The position numbers and the translations under genes were made by a program. Below the pieces are notes generated by a model that was not told the DNA's origin, made no database searches, and saw only the letters and a list, made by a program, of their open reading frames with translations. From assembly GCA_965221165.1 (NCBI GenBank), contig CBDCRP010000003.1, forward strand, positions 1,376,001 through 1,440,000: a stretch of 64,000 nt of DNA, read 5' to 3'. Source of the DNA: a bacterium. GTDB lineage: Bacteria; UBA8248. Below are positions 1 through 9,904 of this stretch, in pieces (the stretch's first letter is position 1; every line of letters starts with the position of its first letter).

Positions 1-505
1 GCGAGAGGCGCTTTTTGCCGAGGCGGTTGTTCAGATCGCGCGCCTCGGGCAGCAGCGATTCGATGAGTGCATCCGACGCCCCTGCGCCGAAGCCGCCGCC
101 GTGCGCGCCCATCCCGCCGGGCCTTAAAATCCGGTCCATCTCGGCGACGATCTCCTCCTGCCCCTCCCAGAAGAAGAGCCCGCCACGAAAGACGACCAGG
201 TCGAACGAGGCCGCCTCGAACGGCAGGCGGTACTTATCGAGCGGCGCCACGCGAACGCGCGAGGCCATGCCCGCCTCCGCTATCGTCTCGGCCAGGTAAT
301 CATTCAGGGTCTCGGAATCATCCCCGCATGTGAAGCGCATCTCGGGGCAGCGTGCAGCCAGGGCGAGCGCCACACCGGGGCCGTAGGGTCCGATTTCCAG
401 CACGTCGCCCGAGTCGCGCCCGTATTCGGCATGAATTTCTTCGGCCGCATAGGGGTAAAAGGGCTCAAAATGGGCGTTTACGGCGCGTATCAACTCAAAA
501 TCCAT
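1..505 (-). CDS. Class I SAM-dependent methyltransferase (partial, runs off window start)
   Basis: Manual translation from ATG at 505 (RBS AGAGGA): MDFELIRAVNAHFEPFYPY...DVLEIGPYGPG...LPFEAASFDLVVFRG...DRILRPGG, which are typical methyltransferase motifs. Not in the ORF track because it has no stop in the window. Confidence 0.8.
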   Translation of the reverse strand, partial: MDFELIRAVNAHFEPFYPYAAEEIHAEYGRDSGDVLEIGPYGPGVALALAARCPEMRFTCGDDSETLNDYLAETIAEAGMASRVRVAPLDKYRLPFEAASFDLVVFRGGLFFWEGQEEIVAEMDRILRPGGMGAHGGGFGAGASDALIESLLPEARDLNNRLGKKRLS

Positions 506-689
506 TTCGCGAAATCCTCTTCTAAAAAATGCGCCGCACGAATCGGCGGCACGAAAGCGAATGATATACCAACCCCGACGCGTTTATGAAACCGGGAGCC
601 GAGGACGCAAACTCTCATTTTCAAAACGACCCATCTGCGATATTCTGCGGCTCAATCAGAAAGAAGCCATCCCGAACACAGGAGACTCC

Positions 690-1724
690 ATGGAAGCGGT
701 GAGCGAAGCGGCGGATTTGTATGAAGCGATAGAGGTTTATCACGCGAACGGCTGGACGGACGGTTTGCCCGTCATTCCCCCGACGCCCGAACTCATAGAA
801 CGCTTCCTCACGGCCTCGGGCCTGGAGGCCGATGACGTCGTCTTTCATCTGGCGGAGCGAAAAAGAACCGTTCGGGCCGGAAAAGTGGCGCTCAACGCCA
901 TCATGGCGGGATGCCTGCCTTCCTACATGCCGCTCATCCTCGCCGCGCTCGAAGCCATGGCCGATCCGGCCTACAACATTCACTCGAGCGCCACGAGCAC
1001 GGGCGGCGCGGCGCCCTTCATGGTCGTCAACGGCCCCGTTCGCCACGAGATAGGCATGAACATGCAGGGGAACATCTACGGGCCGGGCAACCGCGCGGGC
1101 GCGACGATAGGCCGCGCCTTGAGGCTCATCATCATCAACTGCCTGGGCTCGAAGCCGGGCCTTCTGGATCGCTCCACCCAGGGGAATCCGGGCAAATACA
1201 GCTTCACCTTCGCCGAATGGGAGGAAACGAGCCCCTGGGAGGCGTTGAACGTCGAGCTTGGCTATACGGCCGAGGCGAGCACGGTGACGCTCCTCGCCGC
1301 AGAGGGTCCGCACAACATCCAGAACCACTACGGAAAAGGGCGGGGAATAGCTGAAACCGCCGCCGCCGCCATGGCGGGCCTTGGCAGCATGAGCGAAGGG
1401 CAATCCTTTTTCGTCTTCGCGCCCGAGCACGCGCACCTTTTGGCCGAGGAATTTCCCACGAAAAAAGAATTGAAAGAGTATTTCTTTGAAAACGCGACTC
1501 TTCCCCTGAACCAGCTTCTGCGCACCGGCAAGATCGACAAGCCCATCGCCGCCGATGAAAACGGCAACGTGCGCCACGCGCTCAAACCCGATGACATCTA
1601 CATCGTCGTCGCGGGTGGCGAGGCCGGCGGGCATTCCTCCTGGGTCCCCGCCTGGAGCAGGAGGCGAAACGGCGAGGTCGTCACCCGTCCGGTGCTGAGC
1701 GCGGCCCAGCGGCGAGGGTCTTAG
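690..1724 (+). CDS. Conserved protein of the family that accompanies UGSC (seleno)proteins (W-T-DGLPVIPPT family)
   Basis: Motifs GWTDGLPVIPPT, NAIMAGC, GPGNRAGATIGRALRL, GNPGKY, EETSPW. Start at ATG 690 after RBS AGGAG. Adjacent to the UGSC gene. Confidence 0.75.
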   Translation: MEAVSEAADLYEAIEVYHANGWTDGLPVIPPTPELIERFLTASGLEADDVVFHLAERKRTVRAGKVALNAIMAGCLPSYMPLILAALEAMADPAYNIHSSATSTGGAAPFMVVNGPVRHEIGMNMQGNIYGPGNRAGATIGRALRLIIINCLGSKPGLLDRSTQGNPGKYSFTFAEWEETSPWEALNVELGYTAEASTVTLLAAEGPHNIQNHYGKGRGIAETAAAAMAGLGSMSEGQSFFVFAPEHAHLLAEEFPTKKELKEYFFENATLPLNQLLRTGKIDKPIAADENGNVRHALKPDDIYIVVAGGEAGGHSSWVPAWSRRRNGEVVTRPVLSAAQRRGS

Positions 1725-1869
1725 GGCACAGGCGTTTGACGTATATGTGGAGTCTTTATCCGGACTATCTTATAGTTGAAAAAAGAGGCGCTCGAATAGG
1801 ATATCGGTTGATGGAATACACGACGAGAAATCATCTTGGCGGTGATGCACATACAGGAGGAAGCGTTCG

Positions 1870-2415
1870 ATGAACCCTATGGTAGATACAGCGATAGCGA
1901 TTTACGATCCTACCGTGGAGCCTGAAATCGAAACCGAAGAACGCCCGAACCGTGACGGCGCTCTATCGGGCAAGCGCATCGGTTTGCTCTGGAACTCCAA
2001 GGTGGGCGCGGATAAGCTCATGCGCTACATATTGGACGAATTGAAGGAGGACGGCGCGGACCCGGACCTCGCCGTCGAACTGTCCAAAGAATACGACACC
2101 CGCCCGGCGAAGCCGGAAGTCTATGCGGAAATGGCCCAGAAATGCGACCTCGCCATCACCGCGGTGGGCGACTGAGGCTCCTGCTCTTCGTGCAGTGTGC
2201 ACGATGGAATCGAGTTGGAGAAAAAAGGCGTCCCCACGGCCGTCATCTGCACCGAGCCCTTCCGGCCCACGGTCGAGATGGTCTCCAAGGTTCGCGGCAT
2301 ACCGGACTACCCGGTGGCTTATATCCCCCATCCCGTAGGCAGTCTCACGGATGAGCAACTCCGGGGGCGCGCGAAGGAGATCGCTCCAACGATCAGAGCG
2401 CTTCTCACCGGCTGA
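1870..2415 (+). CDS. UGSC-family selenoprotein (Sec at TGA 2173-2175)
   Basis: ORFs 1870-2175 and 2197-2415 are in the same frame. Readthrough gives AVGD-U-GSCSSCSVHDGIELEKKGVP. SECIS-like hairpin follows. RBS AGGAGG. Confidence 0.88.
2188..2204 (+). promoter_or_regulatory. Putative bacterial SECIS element
   Basis: TCGTGCA-GTG-TGCACGA perfect 7-bp stem. The G-starting loop lies 19 nt after the UGA. Confidence 0.7.
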
Positions 2416-2436
2416 GCCACGCCCGAAAGTAGCACG

Positions 2437-3318
2437 TTACATCGCTTTTAAGGCGATGATCGCCCCTCCCGCGACGACGCAGACCGTACCCAGCAATATA
2501 GGGAGCGTGATTCGCTCCATGTCGCGCAGGAATATCCACGAGAACAAGAGCGCAAAGAACGGCGCAGTGGACGAAAGCGGTGATACGACCGAAATATCCC
2601 CATACTTCAATGCGGCGAAATGACTTAAAAACGCCAGGGTGTTGATGAGCCCGCAGGGGCCATAGAAATGCCAGGCCTTTCCCCATTTGAGTGACGGTTG
2701 CTGGGGTTTGGGCAGGAACCAGAAGAGCGCGATCAGCGCCAGGAGTCCGAAAACGCTGGTGAGCGTGATGCCGAGCAGCGCGGAGGGAACCACCTCGATA
2801 CCGATTTTTCTGAAAATATTCGACGTGGAAAACCCCAATACGGCCATCAGGGGCAGCCAGATGTCGCGCCTGTTCCAGGGAACGTCGCTTTCGCGCTGAT
2901 AGGTGATCCCCACACAACCTAAAACGACCATGAAAATCCCCGCCCACACATAAGGCCCCGGTCGCTCACCAAGAAAGATATAGGCGAAACCGGCAGAGAA
3001 AAGCGGATTGGCCGCCAGAAGGGGAACCGCACGCGAAACGCCCAGTCGATGTATCGCCCGGAACATGAACACGCGGCCGAGCGAGGGCCCCGTTATGCCC
3101 GACAAGAAGAACCAGAACCAAGCCTCCGAACTCCAATATGCGGGCTCCCAGGTGAGGATGGTCAGAGCCACCAGCCAGGGGATGTTCACAATCAGGCCGA
3201 TGACAACACCCGTGATGGCCGTGCCATGCTGCTGCCCGCGTCTGGCGATGAGGCTGAAGGCCGAGGACATCGATGCGGTGCCCAGGGCGAAACCCGCCGC
3301 CAGCAGCGTATTAGTCAT
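2437..3318 (-). CDS. EamA/DMT family transporter
   Basis: About 10 TM helices with duplicated EamA halves (LGVSRAVPL, FLGERPG, VSPLSSTAPFF). Confidence 0.85.
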   Translation of the reverse strand: MTNTLLAAGFALGTASMSSAFSLIARRGQQHGTAITGVVIGLIVNIPWLVALTILTWEPAYWSSEAWFWFFLSGITGPSLGRVFMFRAIHRLGVSRAVPLLAANPLFSAGFAYIFLGERPGPYVWAGIFMVVLGCVGITYQRESDVPWNRRDIWLPLMAVLGFSTSNIFRKIGIEVVPSALLGITLTSVFGLLALIALFWFLPKPQQPSLKWGKAWHFYGPCGLINTLAFLSHFAALKYGDISVVSPLSSTAPFFALLFSWIFLRDMERITLPILLGTVCVVAGGAIIALKAM

Positions 3319-3622
3319 GGCGCTTCTCCCAGCCTGAAACACGAAAAAAATCTACGAAACTAAAAACGGCGCAAGGTTGATGTCTTATCAGAGGAGCGGG
3401 GTCAAAGCCATGTCGAGACGGGCATTTGAAGACGCAGGATGAGACCCATCTTCGGGGACGATGAAACGGCTTCGGGCAATGGAACCCGCAGAGAGGGCCT
3501 GCATTCTGGTTTGCCAATTCTTAGGGCGAACGCTTATCGCCGTAATTTCCTCGATTAATGCCCCTTCTCCGTTTCATGACCGTGGCGCGAAAAGCATAAA
3601 AGACAAACGCGCCCGCAAGTCC

Positions 3623-5074
3623 TCAGCCCCCGGTTATCGGCTGCGCGATAATCCACAAGCTCACTATGGTGTAGCCCACCATGAGAAGGAGCATCGGATA
3701 CTGGCTGCGCACGGCGGCGAAGCGATTCCCGAGTGCGCGCAGCGCCGTCACATGCGCCAGATAAACGGCGCATATATGGCCGATGACGATCGCGGCGATT
3801 GAAGCATACCAGGTCGTCCTGGCCCCGATGACCCCGATGTCGATCTTATACGCGGCGGTCCCCCACAGGTTCCAACCCATCCCGAGCGGGTCGGACAATA
3901 GGGGGATGATGCGTTGTCCCTGAATGAAGAGAAAGGAGAAATAGTGCGCCACGTGATACCCAATCGCAATGGGCACCAAAGAGAACACGAACAAGCGCGC
4001 GAATTCCCCCGTGGAGAGCGCACTCCCGCTCATGGTGCGCATCATCATGCAGAACAGGTAATACACGCCCAGGAACAGCCCCGGAACCGCGATGAGCGCG
4101 ATGGTATCCGCCACGAGCAGCGCATCACGCCCCACCCAGACGACCAGATTGTATATTCCCGCCCGGATGAAGTGCCAAAGCGGCGTTTCCGTAAAACCAT
4201 CGAAACTCACCGTCGCCAGCATCAACACCACCAGAAGCACCATGGAGCCGCTCATGCCGTCTGTTTTCAGAAGACCCGCCGCCGGTGGCCTCAGGCGCCA
4301 CTCTCTTCTCCCCTCCTCGCGCGTGCGCACCTCGGTGACGGAAAACCGGCTCATCACGCCGAATATGATGGAAAACGCCTCCCCGCGCCGGAGCCACACC
4401 TCTTTGCCATAGACGAACATGCCCGCCCAGGTGATGATGGAATACCCCAGGGCGGCGAGCGAGAGATTGCGGGGAATGTCATTGTATGGCCAGACGATCT
4501 CCGCCCAGGCGAACCACAAGAACAAACACAGGGCGGGCCACACGCCCAGGCGCCCGGAGCATGGTTGCTCGAGCGATAAGGAGTCGCCCCGTCCCATTTT
4601 CCGGTACAGCGCCTCCGCCCAGGAAAAGATGATCTCCCAAGGGTTCACCAGCGACCACAGATTCCCCATCAGCGCACACACATAGGCCAGCCCCACCCAC
4701 CAGATGATCCAGACCATGGTGGGCGCGATGTTTTTTTCCGGCTCATCGGTTCCCCAAAAACCCGCCGCCAGCGTCACGCAAAACAAAACGACGGAAAGCC
4801 CTCTTATCAGCGACAGGAAAACCGCACCGCCCATCCACCCGAAAAGGGGGGAATCGAGCAGGTTGTAGCCCGGATAATCCGCACTCCCCCGTTTGTCGCG
4901 CACGAAAAACCCCATCCCCAGAAACGAAAGAACCACGGATGCGCCTGCGCCTAGCATGAACAGGCCCAGCGGGACAGGCAGGTCATATCTCTGGCCGAAC
5001 CCATGGGCCGATGCGGAGGACGGGAGAAAAGCGACGGCGGCAGCGAGCGCAAGCCCCCGGATGTGAAAGTTCAT
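3623..5074 (-). CDS. Multi-pass membrane protein of the 'fenitrothion hydrolase FedB-like' annotated family, probably metal-related
   Basis: Signal peptide then HGFGQRYDLPVP. Motifs WWVGL, SFDGF, LVPIAIGYHVAHY, QYPMLLLMVGYT. Start ATG 5074 with RBS GAGGGTG. Confidence 0.65.
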   Translation of the reverse strand: MNFHIRGLALAAAVAFLPSSASAHGFGQRYDLPVPLGLFMLGAGASVVLSFLGMGFFVRDKRGSADYPGYNLLDSPLFGWMGGAVFLSLIRGLSVVLFCVTLAAGFWGTDEPEKNIAPTMVWIIWWVGLAYVCALMGNLWSLVNPWEIIFSWAEALYRKMGRGDSLSLEQPCSGRLGVWPALCLFLWFAWAEIVWPYNDIPRNLSLAALGYSIITWAGMFVYGKEVWLRRGEAFSIIFGVMSRFSVTEVRTREEGRREWRLRPPAAGLLKTDGMSGSMVLLVVLMLATVSFDGFTETPLWHFIRAGIYNLVVWVGRDALLVADTIALIAVPGLFLGVYYLFCMMMRTMSGSALSTGEFARLFVFSLVPIAIGYHVAHYFSFLFIQGQRIIPLLSDPLGMGWNLWGTAAYKIDIGVIGARTTWYASIAAIVIGHICAVYLAHVTALRALGNRFAAVRSQYPMLLLMVGYTIVSLWIIAQPITGG

Positions 5075-5087
5075 GAAATCACCCTCG

Positions 5088-5495
5088 TCATGGATGCACC
5101 TCCAGGTAGAACAACACCTTTTCGCCATGGCCACCGCTTTTTCTTTTTTTGCGTCCATGGGAGTGAGAGCCGTGCACCGTTACGGGGAACCGACCCGCAA
5201 CCCCGGCCTGAAACTCCATCACGGCCACCCGGCCCGGTGAAACGGTTTTTTCGATATCATAGCCGTGAAGATGGATTTCGGTGGTTTGATCGGCCGTCAG
5301 GTTGAGCTTCACCTTGTCGCCTTGTTTTAGGCGAACCACATTTTTGTCCCTTTTGAGCTTCCCACCGGCGATATGGAGCGTAATGCCGCTCATCTCCCCG
5401 TGGTGCGCGCCATCTTTATTCGCACTCTGGACGGGAACCGCCTGAAAAAGAGCAATCAGCGCAAAAACACAAAAAACCTTGAAAATGAATTTCAT
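5088..5495 (-). CDS. Exported His-rich cupredoxin-fold-like protein
   Basis: Signal peptide, VRLKQGDKVKL, EIHLHGYD, GRFPVTVH, HGSHSHG. RBS GGGGAGGAG. Confidence 0.7.
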   Translation of the reverse strand: MKFIFKVFCVFALIALFQAVPVQSANKDGAHHGEMSGITLHIAGGKLKRDKNVVRLKQGDKVKLNLTADQTTEIHLHGYDIEKTVSPGRVAVMEFQAGVAGRFPVTVHGSHSHGRKKRKSGGHGEKVLFYLEVHP

Positions 5496-5570
5496 ATCCA
5501 CTCCTCCCCGAAGCAATCCTGGCAAGGGCGCATCTTCTTTGCCTGCTGCGAAAAATGATGGGTGAACGAA

Positions 5571-5951
5571 CTAGAGGAGAATCGCAGGCGGGGCGCGTGG
5601 GGAGAGGCTGGAAAACAAAGAGTCGCGTATGAGTAAAACATCCTGAAAAGACCGGGGGTCAGCTTCGTTCGCTACATGGATGAAGACCAGGCCATCCGCC
5701 TCGCAGCCTTGCGTCCAACCTCCCGCCGCAGCCAGTGCGCAGGCGCCCTGCTCCTGCCGGGGGTCTTCTGGGTGATTTTCGTGAGGATCCCCCTCGTGAT
5801 GTTCATACTCGTGACGTTCATCCACCGAACCCTTCAGGAGGGCCTGAATCTCCTGGCCCAGGTGATGCGTCCGATGGGGGCCGGACGCGGCCAGAACGGC
5901 GAGAAAACTTAAACCCAGCCCTATCGATATGAATCTTCGTGAAACACCCAT
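5571..5951 (-). CDS. DUF2946-like His-rich leader peptide with C-terminal RAPP arrest motif
   Basis: N-terminal hydrophobic segment, HRTHH/HEYEHHEGDPHENH linker, two Cys, C-terminus SLSPRAPPAILL*. Confidence 0.7.
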   Translation of the reverse strand: MGVSRRFISIGLGLSFLAVLAASGPHRTHHLGQEIQALLKGSVDERHEYEHHEGDPHENHPEDPRQEQGACALAAAGGWTQGCEADGLVFIHVANEADPRSFQDVLLIRDSLFSSLSPRAPPAILL

Positions 5952-6033
5952 GTGGACACTCAAGGGTTGGCGGCGTAACGGAAAAAACCTGAAACCGGCT
6001 GCACTATAGCAGAACAGATCGGACCCCGCTTTG

Positions 6034-6913
6034 TCAGAGCGCGCGGCCGGCCACCAAGGCCCCGCCTATGACCACCGCCACCGTGCCTAGGAGAATCGGC
6101 CAGGTGATTCGCTCTATTTTCCGCAAAAATATGGCCGTGAGCAGCAGCGCCCACAAGGGCGCGGTGGCGGAGAGCGGAATGACGATGGTGAGGTCGCCGT
6201 AGCGGAGGCCATAGAGGTGCAATAGAACCGAAAGAGCGTTCAGCGAGCCGCCGATGCTGTACGCCACCCAGGCTTTTTTCACCATCAGGGAGGGCCTTAA
6301 GCCAGGAGGCAGATATTGCCCGAAAACATACAGGGATATCCCGCCCGAGACGCTCATGATCGATATGCCCAGAAACGGGTTGGGCGCCGGGCCGACGCCC
6401 AGCTTGCGCAGCATGTGCGAGACGGAGAAAAACCACGCTCCCGAGGGCGACGAGGAGGTATTCTTTCCGGATGGGCTGACTCTCTCCCCTTTTCGAGGTG
6501 ATTCCCACACACCCCAAAACGATGAGCACCGTACCGGCCAGGATGTACGGCCCCGGTCTTTCGCCCAGAATGAGGATGCCGATTATCGCCGAGAAAAGCG
6601 GCATGGTGGAATTGAGCGGCACCGCGCGCGCCACGCCTATCAGATGAATGGAATGGAAGAAACACACCCTTCCCACGGCGGGGCCCATAATTCCGGCCAG
6701 CGCGAAAAAAAGCCAGGCCATCGGCTGGTAGTGGGCGGGTTCCCACGTCCAGATCGCACCGGCGAGCAGCGGCGGAAACGATACGATAATCCCGATGAGA
6801 ACGCCCGATACCGCGTTCGCGTGACGCTGCCCGCTTCTCACAAACAGGGTGAAGGAGCCGACCACGACGGCGGTGGACAGCGAGAAGAGAACCGAGAGGG
6901 TGGTGATGGTCAT
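6034..6913 (-). pseudogene. EamA/DMT transporter with a frameshift
   Basis: The N-half (from 6913) and C-half (to 6034) are both EamA-like but in different frames. The shift is at the A5/T5 run 6428-6432 (…GSVV|FSVSHMLRK…). Confidence 0.75.
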
Positions 6914-7130
6914 TCAGAATTCGCCTTTGCACCAAAAAGCTAAAATCGCGAGGGTATCAGATACGTCTTTCAAAATCTCTTATGCGAGGCCACTGAAGAG
7001 TCCCCCGAAAAGAATATGTGGAATTTCCCGGGATGAGCGCATCGTTCCGCCTCTGAGAAAAGGGAGGACGTATGCGAGCCGGCCCTTAGGCTCTGATAAA
7101 TTCAGAAAATTTTTGCCGCAAGGAGAAAAT

Positions 7131-9170
7131 CTACACCCCCGCCATCTCACAGGGGGCGTAGTGTAAGAAGCGCATGGTGTAGGTGGCGCGGCCTTGGGTG
7201 GCGGAACGAAGGGCGGTGGCGTAACCGAACACCTTAGCGAGAGGCACGGCGGCCCGGACGACGCTCACCTGAGACGCGCCGCCACGTTCCTCCACGCCGG
7301 ACACCTTTCCGTCGCGCGCGTTGATGTCGCCGATGATCCCGCCCAGAAATTCGCCGGGCGTGGTGACCTCCATCGACATGATGGGTTCTAAAAGCTGCCC
7401 GCCCGCTGCGCGGCAGGCTTCCGTGAAGGCGTTCGCCGCCGCGATGGAAAAGGCGGCCTCCGTGGCGCGATCGGCGTCGTAGTTCGCCGCAAGCAGGGTA
7501 ACGCGGACATCGGTCATCTCATAGCCCGCCATGGCGCCGCTCGACGTGGACGCTTTGAGTGATCCCAGCGCAGCGGCGATTAAATTCTCAGGAATTGCGG
7601 GGTCATCCACCACGCTCTCGCACGAGACGCCGGCGCCGGGGCGAGGCGCCACGCCCACCCGCACCCGCGCGAACTGGGGCTCACCAGCCAACTCCCTGTC
7701 GAAGGTAAACTCCGCGTCCGCTCCTTTCGCGAGCGTTTCCCGGTAGACCACGCGAGGCGTACCCACCCGCACGCTCACGCCGAAATCCTCATCTATCCGG
7801 CGCGTGAGCACCTCCAAGTGGAGTTCGCCCATGCCGCTCATCACCGTCTGGCCGGATTCGGAATCCACCCGCACCTGAAACGTGGGGTCCTCCGCCTGGA
7901 GTTTCGCCAAGGTCTCGTTCAGCTTCTTGGTTCCCGTGGCGTCCCTCGGCTCAATCGCTACCGAGATGACGGGCTGGGGCGCGAGAATCGACTCGAAGGC
8001 TATCGGCTCTTTCGCGTCACAAAGGGTGTCGCCCGTACCGGCTTCCTTCAAGCCGGCCGCCGCGACGATATCGCCCGGCCCCACGTCGTTCAGTCGCTCG
8101 CGCTTGTGGGAATACATCCTGAACAGCCGGGCGAAGCGCTCGCTGCCTCCTCGCGCGGGGTTCCACAGGCTGTCGCCCACCTCCGCCGCGCCGCTATACA
8201 CCCTGAGATACGTGAGCCGCCTGCCCCCGTCGATTTGCACCTTGAAGACCAAAGCGGAAAAAGGCGCATCCTCAGCGGGCGGACGCGTAATGGGTTCTTC
8301 CTCTCCGGGAGGGAAACCGCTCGCGGGCGGCGCATCCACCGGAGACGGCAGATAATCCACCACGGCGTCCAGCAGGGACTGCACCCCTTTGTTCTTCAGG
8401 GATGAGCCGCAAAAAACAGGCACGAGTTCGCCTGCGAGCACGACGCGCCTCAAGGCCGCCTTGAGCGCTTGCGCGTCGATGGCGCTACCTTCCAGATACG
8501 CCTCCATCAAGGAGTCATCATAATCCGCCACCGCTTCGATGAGGGTTTCTCTCAACTCCGCCGCTTTTTCCTTTAGCGCTTCAGCGGGTTCGGACCGATG
8601 GGGTTCTCCCCCGTCCCAGGTGAGAAAATCGCCGCTCAACACCTCCACCTGGCCCGTGTACCCCTCGCCCTCCCCGTCTGGCCAGTGCATGAGCACGGGC
8701 TTGGCCCCCAATTTTTTGGTCATCATTCCTACGGTTCTCTCGAAATCGGCGCCCAGGCGATCCAGCTTGTTGATGAAGGCGAGACGCGGAACGCCGAATT
8801 TATCCGCCTGACGCCAGACCGTCTCGCTCTGGGGCTCGACGCCTTCCACCGCGCTGAATATGGCTACGGCGCCATCGAGTACGCGCAAACTCCTCTCCAC
8901 CTCGATCGTAAAATCCACGTGGCCGGGGGTGTCGATGATGGTGATCTCATGATCCGCCCAGGCCGTGGTGATGGCGGCGGAGGTGATGGTGATGCCACGC
9001 TCGCGCTCCTGACTCATCCAGTCCATGGTGGCCGAACCCTCGTCCACCTCGCCGATCCGGTGCACGGCTCCCGAGTAGAACAACATGCGCTCGGTGGTCG
9101 TCGTCTTTCCGGCGTCGATGTGAGAGATGATGCCGATGTTTCTTCTCATCTCGAGCGCTGGGCGCTTCAT
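7131..9170 (-). CDS. fusA: Elongation factor G paralog (stand-alone, EF-G2-like)
   Basis: NIGIISHIDAGKTT, ERERGITI, DTPGHVDF, NKLD, GMGELHL. Not in the str operon. Domain IV loops are diverged. Confidence 0.9.
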   Translation of the reverse strand: MKRPALEMRRNIGIISHIDAGKTTTTERMLFYSGAVHRIGEVDEGSATMDWMSQERERGITITSAAITTAWADHEITIIDTPGHVDFTIEVERSLRVLDGAVAIFSAVEGVEPQSETVWRQADKFGVPRLAFINKLDRLGADFERTVGMMTKKLGAKPVLMHWPDGEGEGYTGQVEVLSGDFLTWDGGEPHRSEPAEALKEKAAELRETLIEAVADYDDSLMEAYLEGSAIDAQALKAALRRVVLAGELVPVFCGSSLKNKGVQSLLDAVVDYLPSPVDAPPASGFPPGEEEPITRPPAEDAPFSALVFKVQIDGGRRLTYLRVYSGAAEVGDSLWNPARGGSERFARLFRMYSHKRERLNDVGPGDIVAAAGLKEAGTGDTLCDAKEPIAFESILAPQPVISVAIEPRDATGTKKLNETLAKLQAEDPTFQVRVDSESGQTVMSGMGELHLEVLTRRIDEDFGVSVRVGTPRVVYRETLAKGADAEFTFDRELAGEPQFARVRVGVAPRPGAGVSCESVVDDPAIPENLIAAALGSLKASTSSGAMAGYEMTDVRVTLLAANYDADRATEAAFSIAAANAFTEACRAAGGQLLEPIMSMEVTTPGEFLGGIIGDINARDGKVSGVEERGGASQVSVVRAAVPLAKVFGYATALRSATQGRATYTMRFLHYAPCEMAGV

Positions 9171-9246
9171 CGGGAAAACCCTCTTTTTGGGAAAAAAACC
9201 AGGCGCAGATTACCTTGGGAGGGAGAAGATGGGAAAGCCCGAGGCG

Positions 9247-9286
9247 AAAAAAAAAAAGCGGTGGCCGGAAACCGACCACCGCTTTT
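9247..9286 (-). terminator. Rho-independent terminator after the cold-shock gene
   Basis: GCGGTGG(C/T)CGG stem (9258-9282) followed by a T11 run on the minus strand. Confidence 0.85.
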
Positions 9287-9306
9287 CTTAAACGCCGGGT
9301 AACGTG

Positions 9307-9510
9307 CTAGAGCTTGACGACGTTTTGCGCCTGGAGCCCTTTGGGGCCCTGGGCGACTTCGAACGACACCTGATCGTCCTCGCTCAAGGATTTGAATCCT
9401 TCCGCCTGGATGGCCGTGTGGTGGACAAACAGATCCTCACCACCGTCCTCGGGCGTGATGAAACCATACCCTTTTGCATCGTTGAACCACTTCACTGTTC
9501 CTGTTGACAT
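9307..9510 (-). CDS. cspA: Cold-shock protein
   Basis: [18 protein letters not shown]...DLFVHH (RNP1/RNP2), 67 aa. Confidence 0.95.
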   Translation of the reverse strand: MSTGTVKWFNDAKGYGFITPEDGGEDLFVHHTAIQAEGFKSLSEDDQVSFEVAQGPKGLQAQNVVKL

Positions 9511-9904
9511 ACACTTCCTCAAAAAAAAGAGATTGACCTGGGGGAATGTAATGATGAATGGAGCGTCTCTTGGAAGGGAATCTTCATTCGTCCTGCATAC
9601 CCACAAACCTTTTTCCCACACCTATTGCGAGAAAAGACGACAAACTTTACCACCTACCGCCAACAAACGCAAGGGGTAAAAAAGAAATAAATACAACCGC
9701 CCGTATGATGAAATTACAGACTCTCTCCATATACCCGTTTTTCGCACGTGCTGAAAAGACGAATTTCAGGATCTCCCCATCCCTCATGCCGCCTACGGGC
9801 GATGCCCCGCTGCATAGCGGGACCGGGCGGAAAAAGCGGCGTAAGCGCATCAGGGAGAAGCGACGCGCTTGCTTGGGCCGTTTAAGCCCCAGCGAGGGAG
9901 CGAA

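Noticed and set aside
3410-3620. Possible third UGA-readthrough ORF (ATG 3410, TGA 3440)
   Set aside because: No redox motif, no clear SECIS, no family resemblance, and it runs antisense into the next gene.
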